Source: Epithemia pelagica (taxonomy: Eukaryota > Protista > Bacillariophyta). From it: DNA of 64,000 nucleotides. The position numbers were made by a program, and so were the translations under genes. The stretch covers positions 1,240,001-1,304,000 of the forward strand of contig OX337242.1 in NCBI GenBank assembly GCA_946965045.2, in the 5' to 3' direction. How positions within the stretch are numbered: position 1 is the first letter of the stretch; every line of letters begins with the position of its first letter. Below, one piece after another: positions 35,376 to 45,731 of the stretch. The notes under the pieces are model-generated. The model saw only the letters and a program-made list of their open reading frames with translations. It made no database searches and was not told where the DNA came from.

Positions 35376-37775
35376 GTGAATGACCCACGACCGTCATTGG
35401 TGAGAATATCATCCTTTTTCCATCCATTGTTCTGTTGTCGATATTCCATCATGTCTCGGCACCCGCATCTCTGGCACATACAACTTGACAACCCCTCGAG
35501 GTTGAGCAATCAAAGTCATTGCAACTCGAAGAAACGAACGATGCGACCTGTACACTGCACGGCAATGGATGCCATGTTCCAGGAAAAACGAATTGCACCA
35601 GAAGAGTTGCTCGACACAACAAGGGACTGTTCCGGATCGGTTGTTGTGGGAGAAATGAGAACTCGCCGCAAGATTCCAGGTGAATGGCGATTCGCCACCA
35701 GGTTTGCACCATCATATCGGAGATGTCAGAGAGAAGAGCAAGTCAGCCATGTTGCAAAGAACAGAAGGTATGGTACCAGCGATCGGTGTACTTCTTCGAT
35801 TCGAACCGTATCGTCAAGTCGTTTGTGTTGGTGCTTGTTTGCCCTGGCAGCGGCACACAGTTTCGAGTCAACCAGAGTCCTGTTTGGCTCGCCTCCAGTT
35901 TCTTTTCTCTTTGCTTCGTTTTTGGTACTGGGAAGCAGCAACAACGTGGCACATGCCTTTTTGCAACGATCCGTCGCGTCACGGAAAGTGGCGTTTGGAA
36001 TGGTGTTGCATCAAGAATTTCCTCCCAGCGATGCCGATCCCTCCGACTCCAGTGAGAGTAGCAGCGGCAAAAACGGCGAAACACCAATATTCGGTGGCAC
36101 CAATGGCGAACATTCCCAAGAACCTTCGCACTTCGAATGGCAACAACAATACCCCATGGTCAATGGAAATCATGTCGTTGACGTCAAGAACAAGATAAAC
36201 TCGAACAATACCACATTGGTCCATGGAAAGGACAACCATGACAACAACGAGTTACTCTTGCAGAAACGAGTCACCCAACTGGAAGAATTGGTGGCCCGTC
36301 AAGCAGTTGATATTAAACGGTTGCAAGAAGAATGTCGTGATTTGACCGAAGCGGCCGCGGCCTTTGCCAAGGTTGTGGAACTTTTGAGAGCGACTGGTCT
36401 CAACACGGACGATCTGGACGATGAGCATACCAACAAGAATGGCACGGAGGCTCTTTCATTGCTACCGGGTGAGGATAAGAATGGCGACAACGACACGGTC
36501 GTCTGTGTCAATGAAGATTCGGAAATCTTTGGGACGGCGCCATCCAACGTGATGGACGCGGCCGATGCCGCGGGGGCAGCCATTCTTGCGGCTCTCTTGG
36601 GTGGACAACAACGACTATTGGTGGATGTGAGGGATGCTGAATTGACCTCCAATGCAGATACGTTGGTGCAGTTTATTGAACTTGCCATTTTGCCCGTTGC
36701 CGCTGGATTGGAGGGTTTGCGGTTGAAACGCAACCGGTTAAAAATTGTCTTTCCAACTGTCAAGCAACTGCTGCAATATCGCAAGACCATGGCCTTGGCT
36801 GCACCCGAAGTGGTAGCCCTGTCCACACTCAACTTGGATCCTGTGGAACCTCATGATAATTTGGTCGTGATTGTGGCACCCGCACCAGACGATGAAGAGG
36901 GCTGTCAAGTCATGAATCAGTTGCTACAACCACCAGAGATCCTTGCTAATGATGATGCGGATGTCGCAGATGACAATGGGTTTCAACCAATGTTTCCCTC
37001 GAAGGGAATCCGGCAGCCGGTTGTTGTTCTGAATCCGCACATGGTTCCCATGCAGGGTCCGGCTGCCTCCTATGAAGTCGCATATCAACTACGGCTGCTA
37101 TCCGTCCAGTACATGTCATCTCAAACATGCCCTGGCGAAGGCTACGTCCAACATGGCGATTTCAAAAAGACAGGAAATGACTCGGGTGATTCAATCATTG
37201 AGGCAGATGTCCTAGGAGAAGAATGTGATGACATCGAGATGCAAAATGAGCTGTTCAACGAAGACAGCATGATTGAAAACATTGACAATCTGGTACAGCT
37301 TGATGATGTCCACACATCCAGCAGTGATGACAGAGGGACGACAGAAGAAGCTGAAAATGATGAAGAAGCCTTGGAGGCAGCAATGCAACATGCACATGAA
37401 GTAAACCGTGGTGGTGGGAGTGCGAGATCAGTGGTCAAAGGGACAACTCGAGCAATGGTGATTCGTGCCTATCCCAATCCATGGCACGTTTTTGTGGATA
37501 CTTCGCCTGATACAGATGCTGACTTTACCATTGCGGGAACATTTGACACTGCTCCATCATCAGATGATATTCAATTGGCAATCATTGAGAGTTTGGAAGG
37601 GAGTGAGCGTGAGGATGAAATCGTTGCTCAGCAAATGCAACAGGCACTTGAAACTGGACAGCTTGATCGTGTATGTGAAATGCTGGGGGATATGGGATTA
37701 GATATCTTTGATGAGGAAGAAGAAGATGACGATGACAATGACCCATGGGGATTGTTTGGCGTTGATAGTGTATAG
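35376..37775 (+). CDS. DUF1995-like, probably plastid-targeted protein (true start probably downstream of the ORF start)
   Basis: Hydrophobic segment ending AHAFLQ (diatom bipartite signal-like); coiled coil; RLLVDV...RLKIVFP and VIRAYPNPWHVFVD motifs resembling DUF1995. Confidence 0.65.
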   Translation: MNDPRPSLVRISSFFHPLFCCRYSIMSRHPHLWHIQLDNPSRLSNQSHCNSKKRTMRPVHCTAMDAMFQEKRIAPEELLDTTRDCSGSVVVGEMRTRRKIPGEWRFATRFAPSYRRCQREEQVSHVAKNRRYGTSDRCTSSIRTVSSSRLCWCLFALAAAHSFESTRVLFGSPPVSFLFASFLVLGSSNNVAHAFLQRSVASRKVAFGMVLHQEFPPSDADPSDSSESSSGKNGETPIFGGTNGEHSQEPSHFEWQQQYPMVNGNHVVDVKNKINSNNTTLVHGKDNHDNNELLLQKRVTQLEELVARQAVDIKRLQEECRDLTEAAAAFAKVVELLRATGLNTDDLDDEHTNKNGTEALSLLPGEDKNGDNDTVVCVNEDSEIFGTAPSNVMDAADAAGAAILAALLGGQQRLLVDVRDAELTSNADTLVQFIELAILPVAAGLEGLRLKRNRLKIVFPTVKQLLQYRKTMALAAPEVVALSTLNLDPVEPHDNLVVIVAPAPDDEEGCQVMNQLLQPPEILANDDADVADDNGFQPMFPSKGIRQPVVVLNPHMVPMQGPAASYEVAYQLRLLSVQYMSSQTCPGEGYVQHGDFKKTGNDSGDSIIEADVLGEECDDIEMQNELFNEDSMIENIDNLVQLDDVHTSSSDDRGTTEEAENDEEALEAAMQHAHEVNRGGGSARSVVKGTTRAMVIRAYPNPWHVFVDTSPDTDADFTIAGTFDTAPSSDDIQLAIIESLEGSEREDEIVAQQMQQALETGQLDRVCEMLGDMGLDIFDEEEEDDDDNDPWGLFGVDSV

Positions 37776-38337
37776 ATAGATTCGAAATCCTGAACCCATA
37801 TTTTGTATTCAATCGTTTGTTTCGGCATCAAGTGGCAGCGGGCTTCGTCGATTGAAGCTGTTGAACTCAGTGAAGTTTCAGGTGTGAGATACATTTTCCC
37901 TGCTAGCTAGTGGTCGTTATTCTAATAGCTAGTGGTCCCCGTCAAGCATGTGGTCGCTTGTGTGGGGCGTTATGGGGGCGGAATAGGAGGGGGGCATTAC
38001 GAGCGAGCCATCCTAACGGAGCGTGATATCTAATATTATCACGATTTTGCGTACGTGGCCTTACGTAGCACTCCAAAACCCTTGATATCATGATACACTA
38101 CGAGCCCCTGGTATCCCAAAATTGGAAGAAAAACTTGTCAAAATCGCCAGCCATCGCAATCAAACCGCCAGGCGTACTGAAATTACATGGCACGCGTGCA
38201 ATAGTAGAAAAACTCTTCCAATCTCACTTACATAAGCCATTTTCCGAAAGAACCGTCTCGATTCTTCTTCCGTTTCTTGAACGGTACTAGCCAGATCGGT
38301 TCCCTCTCACCCACAAATCAATCACGGTAGTCCTAAA

Positions 38338-40173
38338 ATGCCAATGGACGAAAGCAATGAACAAGAATCAATCTCAGAAGACGACAGGAAAGGAGAGGAG
38401 AAGAACAGCAACAATCCAACACACAAAGTAGCCGTCATGACGTCTCCCCCGATATACATCCCGGAGCTCGATGACACGCTTCGTGAAGGAACGTTCGTGC
38501 ATCTCCGACTTCCAAGCCAGAACAAGAACAAAACAACCATTGGTCGTCTACAACAATCGAACAATTGAAACATTGTCATTTCAATTTGGTGGCCGCTTTT
38601 CCCCAAGAACAGCAAATGTCACCCATCCATTCCCAAACACCAACATTCACCCATTATCCAAGGATTCGGCTCGGAGAATGAAGAGATTTTCCAAACCAAC
38701 ATCGTTATATCCGACCGCGACGCGATGTACAGCGGCACCAAGATTCTTTTTCCGGCTTTCGTATTCTCCCTAACGGAGTTGGCGAATCCACAAAACTCCT
38801 GGGGACAAGGCCTCAACAACGTTTACATCGCGCGTTACAGGCAATCCGAAATCCGTGGACGAGAACAACTCATTGAAATACTGGACGACAAACTACTCTG
38901 TTTCCCGATGCAGAAAAAGAAGAAGAAGAATCCTAGTGGTCTTATCGTTCCACCTCGATGCTACCACCAGAACGTTTGGTGTGGTCTATTCCAACTCCGA
39001 AAGGGGATTATGAAGATCCTGAATAAGCGGAGTGGGCAGTCCGAAGACCAGGAAGTTGACAGTGTCTCTATAGGCAATATCCCACTAGAGACCTTCAACT
39101 ACCTACATGTTGTGGGGAATTCAGGTACAGAAAGGCTTTCGTGCCGTATGTTTTCCTCCAGTGAAACTTACCTTGATCTTGGTTCTAACCTTACTCGCCG
39201 TAAGATCAGAATGTCTTTTCAGAGCGGCATCCTTCGTTTCGAGACGATGCAGGATTTAGATATTCTCCGTCACCTGTTGGGTATTGCCTCTGTTTACGGA
39301 TCGTCGGAACACCGTCCGACATTGGCAGATGGGAAGCATGGCCGTCCGTTGAAGCGTGGACATTTCCTGACCGTAGTGAAAGGGAAGGAAAAGGACGATG
39401 TAGAAGATCATACTTTCAAGCGCAGAAGCATGAGCCAACGTGTTGACCTTTGCTTTTCTCCCTACCAAGTAAAGGTGACCGTTGGCTTCGAACGCTACCG
39501 ATACGACCACGATCACAAGGGCCGTCTCAAGTCCACCCCGCCTACAAGGCACCTGCAAGCCGTGTTGGCCTGCAGTGCATATGTACCAGAAGCCGAATCG
39601 GACAGTTGCAGTGTGTCTGACGAATCGTCGGAATCCAACGAATCCGAACATCATAGAAAGGAAAAAGCCGAAGACGACAAGTCTGTGTCTACCTTTGACC
39701 GCATTCTGAACGGGTCGCTGGACTCGTCTGAAGACAGCACCCCAAGCAATAGCAGCAAGAAGAAAAAGACCGAGGACAATTCGGACGACAAACTGTCTCT
39801 CCATTCTCATTCGGACAACGTATGGTTTCGTTTTGGGGATGTGGATATTTACCAAGGAGACCAATTCCATCTCGATGGGACAGTGTATGAGATTGTAGGT
39901 CTCTTCCTTCCATCGGACCAAGTAAGGTTTGTTATCCGAGAGCAATTCTCGACCGAGTTGTATACTTCATCCAAACCCGCAACTTCGGAGAAAGAGTTGT
40001 CCGACAAGAGTCTTGCCCGTGTGGGGACGATTGCTCCTTCGGAACAACCCACCTATGGATGTATTGTATGTGGAGGGCATCGGTTGAACAAGAAGAAACC
40101 CCTGACGGAACAAGAAATCGCCTTATTCCAACATACTGACACCCTTCTTTCCGCCATCAAAGAATACAATTGA
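38338..40173 (+). CDS. Convergent partner gene, 611 codons with one in-frame TGA (38566-68); BAH-like N-terminus
   Basis: ORFs 38338-38568 and 38725-40173 share one frame with a single stop between them. LREGTFVHL..IGRL..ISIWWP..EEIFQTN..FPAFVF resembles BAH motif spacing. Confidence 0.6.
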
Positions 40174-40207
40174 AGATATCGACATAATCCTACCTTAAAC
40201 TATATAT

Positions 40208-40699
40208 TTACACTAACCAATCACCAACAGAATCATCTGTAGAGTCTGATAGGTCATCGGCGTCAGAGGTTTTCCCATCCAAGGCCTGTGGTCCGATATG
40301 CCAGTCGAAAATTCCAAATCCTTCTGAATAGGACACATGACTGTCGACGTCGTCATTGTTCTTACCATCATTATCGTCGCTATCTTCCATAGCAGCAACA
40401 TCCATACTGTCGTCTTGAGAGTTTGTCAACGCACTTGCCAGTCTTTCCAATTGTTCATCTAGGGTTTCAATCTCCTCCTCCACAGTCTCAGTTGCTCTAT
40501 TGGTATCATTGCAATACGAGCTTTTGATGTCGCTCAGGAGGAACCTTTTCAGACCAACTGTCATATCCAGTCCTGCCGGCGCACCAGTTTCTCGGCTGGC
40601 GACCTTAAACAAATAGAAACTACGACATACCCAACCCCGGTTCACACTTAACGAAAAACTATCTTTTTCCTTAATCCATGTCCTGTTTCTATCCGGCAC
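40208..40699 (-). CDS. Small acidic ORF inside the RAG1-like element
   Basis: 163-aa ORF with a coiled-coil-like segment and an Asp-rich tail; may be an exon or a separate gene. Confidence 0.4.
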   Translation of the reverse strand: MPDRNRTWIKEKDSFSLSVNRGWVCRSFYLFKVASRETGAPAGLDMTVGLKRFLLSDIKSSYCNDTNRATETVEEEIETLDEQLERLASALTNSQDDSMDVAAMEDSDDNDGKNNDDVDSHVSYSEGFGIFDWHIGPQALDGKTSDADDLSDSTDDSVGDWLV

Positions 40700-41116
40700 T
40701 CACAAACTTTTGGTCGCAGAACGGGGGGGTCGTTTTCTATTACAAATACGAAAGCAATAGAAGACTACAAACTCTCAGGAAACGACGTATTCGACTTCTA
40801 TGTTTTATGAAGATATGTTGGGAACTTGGTCCTGAGAGATTTGGTCTTTTATTCCTGGAGATATGAGCGTTCAAAGTTTGACAGTCGGTTTTCAGGTCTT
40901 ATATTTAACATGTAGGTTGTGTACAGTTTGGATCATAGTTGATGAAATAGTTTCGGGACGGGTCTGAGGATAGCGCGCGGGCCCGTTTGGTAACAAAAGC
41001 TCGTATTGGGTGTTGTTGCTTCGTTCGTTATTGTTAGTTCGATCGTTGTTCTCGTCGTCGTCACTGGTCGTCGTGCTCGAATCTGACGACGAATCGGGTA
41101 AGGGATTCTTGATGAA

Positions 41117-43846
41117 TTATCCAAACTCGATTTTCCCTTTGTTGTTCCTAACCCAGTTTCGATGTTTCTCCTTGTCCTCCTCTGTCAAGGACGCCAACTC
41201 TTCCTTGATACTCTCCATGGTATGCCCCATAGTGAATATGAGACGCCGTTGCAACCACTTTGCCATCGGCATGAGACGACTCTGTTGACCACGTCCTTGA
41301 TTCACCGAGCCCCCACGCTGTGTTCTTGAATAGAAAAATGACTTGAAGAGGCTATTGAATGCCTCCCATCCCTGTTGCGAGTGAGCATACAGGCTCTTCC
41401 AGTGCAGAAGGTATTCGCCAATGTGGGCACTGCCTATCAGGTGCGCATAGTTCGTTATCCCTTCCTCGCCGTAAAGGATAACCCACTCTTTGAAAAAGGC
41501 ATCGGCAAGTCGTTGATATTCGTAGATTGTTTCGTCGCTTAGTTCCTCCTTCCGAAGAAGGATCTCCATCGAGGCCTTGTAGTTGGCCATACACACTAAC
41601 CACCTCGTCCTGTCCACCTCCTTGACAATACATAGCTCTATAATCTTCTCGATCTGAGCAACGATTTTCCGAATCTTCGTATTCTCGAATTTGATCTCTC
41701 CCATGGCGCTCTTGGTTTTGTCAAACGGAAGATTCTCCTGGAAAGGCATGGACGGCGAACCGAGAATCTCTTGATTCAATGCGTCCTCGATGCGGGAAAC
41801 AAAGGCAGAACATTTCTTTTCCATGTTACCGTGAAGGGCCTTGTCTATCCAAGCAAGTTTATTGTACTTGCAGTTGGTAAGGCCCGTCTTCAGACACATC
41901 TGGAGGATCTTAATACCCATCCTCATCTCCATATGCAGGAGACAAGGAATGGTATCCATAAGCATCACCAGTGCTGTGGTGACAGAGGCTTCTCCGTACC
42001 GTTTGACGGTTGTACTAGCGTCAACATACGCCCACTCGGCAATCAGCTGCAGTTTCAATCGCCGTTGGCGTGAAACCAGTGATCCACCGAGATCAAGTCC
42101 GCGTAGCTGTAAATCGTGATTCAAGTTCTTACTGTATTCTCTTTGTTGTGCTTGATCGGCCCTGTCGACTCCAAAATGGATTGAGGATAGGTCCTTTTCT
42201 ATCTGGTTCCTTGTAGGTGGTGCTCTGGGATCGATTGCAGCGGATATAGCAATCTTGCAATCGCTCCATATCGTGGATATGTCCTCAGCAATCTTAGGCA
42301 TCGCGTCCTCGAACGTTTTCACTTGATCGTTCATTTTCTTCACGTGTTTCGGAGTACACATTGGGGCGTGGTAGCATATAGTGCCCTTGTCATGTGCCAA
42401 ATAGTCTTGATGTAGGCACCATTTGCATTGACTAGGCTTGCCTGCTTCTGTATGAAGGGCACCGCTCTTTACAGTACATTTCGCACATGGGTACGTCGCG
42501 TTCTTGGCGGCCCCACCTTTCCCCGACAGTTTCCACTCCACGGACATATCGCAATTTGTTATGACTTTCAGAGCCATAATCGTGTACATGGTGGGGAGCA
42601 CTTTGTTCGCTGCCTCCTGGATTTCCCTTATCATTCGAGAGAATAGTCCACGAACAAGGGCCTTGTTTTCTCTGCCAATGACGCAGACCAACGGAAAGAC
42701 CATGTCTCGTGATTGGGCCTTCAATGGACTGTTTTTGTCATTAAACTTGAGGCCACCGAGAACGTGGCTTAAGTGTTTGGATAACGTAGCCCCATCCAGA
42801 CTTTGTGCGAACTGAATCGCTCTTCTCTTGGCTTCCCCATCCAACATGTTGGCAGCTTTCAAGATAGCAACAAATACGTCCGCGGCACGGAAGTAAAACC
42901 CTTCCGAACCATCCTTTGGGTTCTTGATTGGGTGGAAGGGTACGACACAGTCCGCGAATTGCTCAATGTAGGCAGCGCAACGTTGAATTGCCGAAGTCGA
43001 CGGAATCATCGTATGCTTCTTTGTCGGTCTGCCTCCACATTCGACTGTCTGTAGAACCTCAACCCCTGCATAATTCAATTTCCCTCCGGCCATGTCCATC
43101 TCTTTTAGAATGTTGAAAGGCGTAAAGATGGTTTTCCTTAGGTGTCGTTGGACCACTCGTACCAAGCAATCACTGAGTTGGTTGTGATGGATGGGGTCTT
43201 CCACAAGCATCCGAGATATTTGTCCAAAGAACTTTTTCGCCCGGTGACTGTTGCCCTTGTGGTTCCTCACGGATTCTACTATTACTGATTTAATGTGAGA
43301 CACAAGCTTCGTCATATTGTCATCCGAGGAACAGGTGGAGGGGATCTTGCCATGCTTCGCTTCTAAGGACTTGATCCGTTTCTGGAGTTTGTTGATCTCG
43401 CTTAGGTTACTTGCCATTTTCTTTTGTTGCTTCTTGAACTTCTCTCGCATGCTTCTATTCTTCTTGGAAAGGGACTCTATCTCCTTTCGTAGATCTCGAA
43501 TAGTTTCCTCACTCTGGAGTAGGGCATTCACAGTTTGGGTATGGACTTCGTTCGTGGTTGAAGTTCCTTGCCATTCTTGGCATACAGTCGCAGTCTGAGA
43601 GTCATTAGTAGCAGTCCGAGATTCATTAGTACTAGTGTTGTTCACTCGAACTTCTGGACGGTCTGGAGTGACTTCTTGAGTAGTTGACGTTCTCGTTCCT
43701 CGTACGAAGAAAGGATGGAGTTGCCTTGGATCCGCCGTCGGTGTCGGGTTTGTAGGTTTGGTGACGGAGGGGGGCCGTCCCTGTCGAGGTTTTCTTTCTC
43801 CTGGATTTGCTCTTCCTCCGTCTTTTCGTTGTCTATGTAAACACAT
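41117..43846 (-). CDS. RAG1/Transib-like DDE transposase (909 aa)
   Basis: Ordered RAG1-core motifs: QSLDG (D600-like), FPLVCVIGRE (KPLCLMLADE), TNCDM..G..YPCAKC (D708-like plus CxxC), PCLLHM (ALHC), ITNYAHLIGSAH (ITNYFHKTLAH) and SQQGWEAFNSLFKSF (E962-like). Confidence 0.85.
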   Translation of the reverse strand: MCLHRQRKDGGRANPGERKPRQGRPPSVTKPTNPTPTADPRQLHPFFVRGTRTSTTQEVTPDRPEVRVNNTSTNESRTATNDSQTATVCQEWQGTSTTNEVHTQTVNALLQSEETIRDLRKEIESLSKKNRSMREKFKKQQKKMASNLSEINKLQKRIKSLEAKHGKIPSTCSSDDNMTKLVSHIKSVIVESVRNHKGNSHRAKKFFGQISRMLVEDPIHHNQLSDCLVRVVQRHLRKTIFTPFNILKEMDMAGGKLNYAGVEVLQTVECGGRPTKKHTMIPSTSAIQRCAAYIEQFADCVVPFHPIKNPKDGSEGFYFRAADVFVAILKAANMLDGEAKRRAIQFAQSLDGATLSKHLSHVLGGLKFNDKNSPLKAQSRDMVFPLVCVIGRENKALVRGLFSRMIREIQEAANKVLPTMYTIMALKVITNCDMSVEWKLSGKGGAAKNATYPCAKCTVKSGALHTEAGKPSQCKWCLHQDYLAHDKGTICYHAPMCTPKHVKKMNDQVKTFEDAMPKIAEDISTIWSDCKIAISAAIDPRAPPTRNQIEKDLSSIHFGVDRADQAQQREYSKNLNHDLQLRGLDLGGSLVSRQRRLKLQLIAEWAYVDASTTVKRYGEASVTTALVMLMDTIPCLLHMEMRMGIKILQMCLKTGLTNCKYNKLAWIDKALHGNMEKKCSAFVSRIEDALNQEILGSPSMPFQENLPFDKTKSAMGEIKFENTKIRKIVAQIEKIIELCIVKEVDRTRWLVCMANYKASMEILLRKEELSDETIYEYQRLADAFFKEWVILYGEEGITNYAHLIGSAHIGEYLLHWKSLYAHSQQGWEAFNSLFKSFFYSRTQRGGSVNQGRGQQSRLMPMAKWLQRRLIFTMGHTMESIKEELASLTEEDKEKHRNWVRNNKGKIEFG

Positions 43847-44200
43847 TGAATGAACTCGTCTTCCGGATCTCGGCTTCCCATTGTGATCAGTCAGGGCAGG
43901 GCTATGGTTTGGTTCTTGGGTATCAGCTTTCTCTCTTGACTAAGTGACAACTGGTTTCGTAAGGGGAGAGGGAAGGGTCATCTCTTCGTATGGGTTGGTC
44001 CAATTTGTGAGATAGAACAGGCCCAATCATCGGTTTAGAATCGACGATTCATTGACGAATAAAAGGCGACTGGGTACTTATGCTCTATACGGATTTTAAT
44101 ATATTTTATGTTCTGGTGCGCGCCAGTCGTATTTCTTTTCTCATAAAATTGGTGTTCGGGGCATCTACTTTCCGTTGGCTTTGGAGGGTTATTGCCGGGG

Positions 44201-44280
44201 TCGGACCCCCCATGTAACGATTATCCAAGCTTCTCTATATAATCAAAGAAGCTTGGATAATACTTACATGGGTGGTCGGA
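44201..44280. other. ~33-bp-stem inverted repeat with TATATAA in the loop, upstream of the RAG1-like ORF
   Basis: CCCATGTAACGATTATCCAAGCTTC-tctatataatcaaa-GAAGCTTGGATAATACTTACATGGG. Confidence 0.8.
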
Positions 44281-44947
44281 TGGTGTTGATCCGTTGGATT
44301 TGGCTGTCAAAGTCAGAATGGGAGTTTTCGTGATTCTCAACGCTAAGTCACGTCTTATACTTAACTAAAAACGCTTCTGTTGATTAACTCTATAGTGAAT
44401 TTTTAGGGTTCCGATTTTGCGAGCATGGTATTTTGGCCATGCTTGCGTTCGGGTTGGGATATGAGGGGCTCGTAGTGATCATTTTGATGGGAGAAAACAA
44501 AATGATATCATTCTTATCATCCCCAGCTACGTCATCTATCTATCGTGTAGTCGTAGAATCAATACACCAAAGTAGAGCTCTAGGTCACTGTGAAGTAGCT
44601 GGAATGGCATTCGTAGACACATGATAAAATCTCTATAATTAGTGTGTGCGTGTGTTGACATGAAAGCATCCCAGTCTGTTTATCCATTTTTGACTGTTGT
44701 GTTGAATTGGAATTGAGCAATCAACATTTGATGGATGCGGCTATTAGTCTCACATAGTCCCCTACCAACTTGATACTCATCAATGTGTGTCCGCTATATC
44801 TCTGAGTCACATTTCTCAGTGACATGGTAACCCCAGATGGTTGAACTCTAAGCCTCACAGCAATGGATGGCAGGATTGATTCAAATTCACAGTGCTTGTA
44901 TCTAACTCCCTACCAAAATCACCCCAGTTCATGTGCATGGGCCAAAT

Positions 44948-45731
44948 TGTTAGAATTCTCACCGTCTATGGTGGTTAGATTCTACATCTCATCGATTCCC
45001 CATGTCACATAGCCTCGTGCTATCGCATCATGCCATCTAGCTTCGAGCTATGTTCCCTAGCTTTGCGCTATATTGACCTATATTTCTTCGCAAATCATGA
45101 AAAGTGAGAATAGATTGACGAACTCACTCTCAAGACTAAACTGGGTCGTGCGGTATTACAACGGACGTAAATTTGGCCGTTGCTCGGACATTATACTAAC
45201 GCCCTAAGCGTACGCGCCCGAAATCATCGAGCGCGCCCAAGCGACATCCGAGCGCTGTCGGCATCTATCCGACCCAACGGTCTAAGTTTCCCAAGCACGA
45301 CACACGATCACGCGAGACCATATTTCCATTCCCACAATCTCCAAATTGTCAACAAGCTGCGCGCCATGAAAACAACTATGCCAATCCAAAGCAAGAGCTG
45401 TTGACCCTGTATATGTTATCTGTCCACATATACATGTCATATACATCACGTGAATCGACTCCAACTATTCCAAACCTGTTGCCGCCAAGAACCTATGACA
45501 CATGACCCTTGGCAGGACCGAACATTTCACGTAGACCTATCGTAGTAATCAACACACAATCTAACAATATCACCATTTATCACATCCTCTTTTGTGTCCC
45601 GACTATCCTTTTGATAGACTTCGACTTGCTTGCTTCTCTGACCCTGAGAAGCTTGTATCGGTTGGTGACTACCTGATTGTCTGCTCTATCGAGCATCCTA
45701 ATGCCTCTACGATTCAGAAAGAATTGTATCA
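44948..45731 (+). mobile_element. Solo LTR (784 bp) of the same Copia family, CAAAT target-site duplication
   Basis: TG...CA ends; CAAAT at 44943-47 and 45732-36; near-identical to 15139-15920 except the last ~35 bp. Confidence 0.93.

Larger units (their letters stand above)
38096..44477 (-). mobile_element. RAG1/Transib-like DNA transposon (6,382 bp)
   Basis: TIRs CACTACGAGCCCCTGGTATCCCAA and CACTACGAGCCCCTCATATCCCAA (22/24 match) enclose a RAG1-like ORF and a convergent partner gene. Confidence 0.88.

Noticed and set aside
39256-39945. 229-aa minus-strand ORF
   Set aside because: Lies fully antisense to the partner gene; no independent motifs.
38338-40173. Calling the partner gene RAG2
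   Set aside because: No kelch repeats or canonical PHD cysteine pattern visible; only its position matches RAG2L.
38096-44477. Calling the element a classical CACTA/EnSpm because its ends begin CACTA
   Set aside because: The transposase motifs follow RAG1/Transib rather than TnpD, and there is no clean 3-bp TSD; kept only as an alternative.
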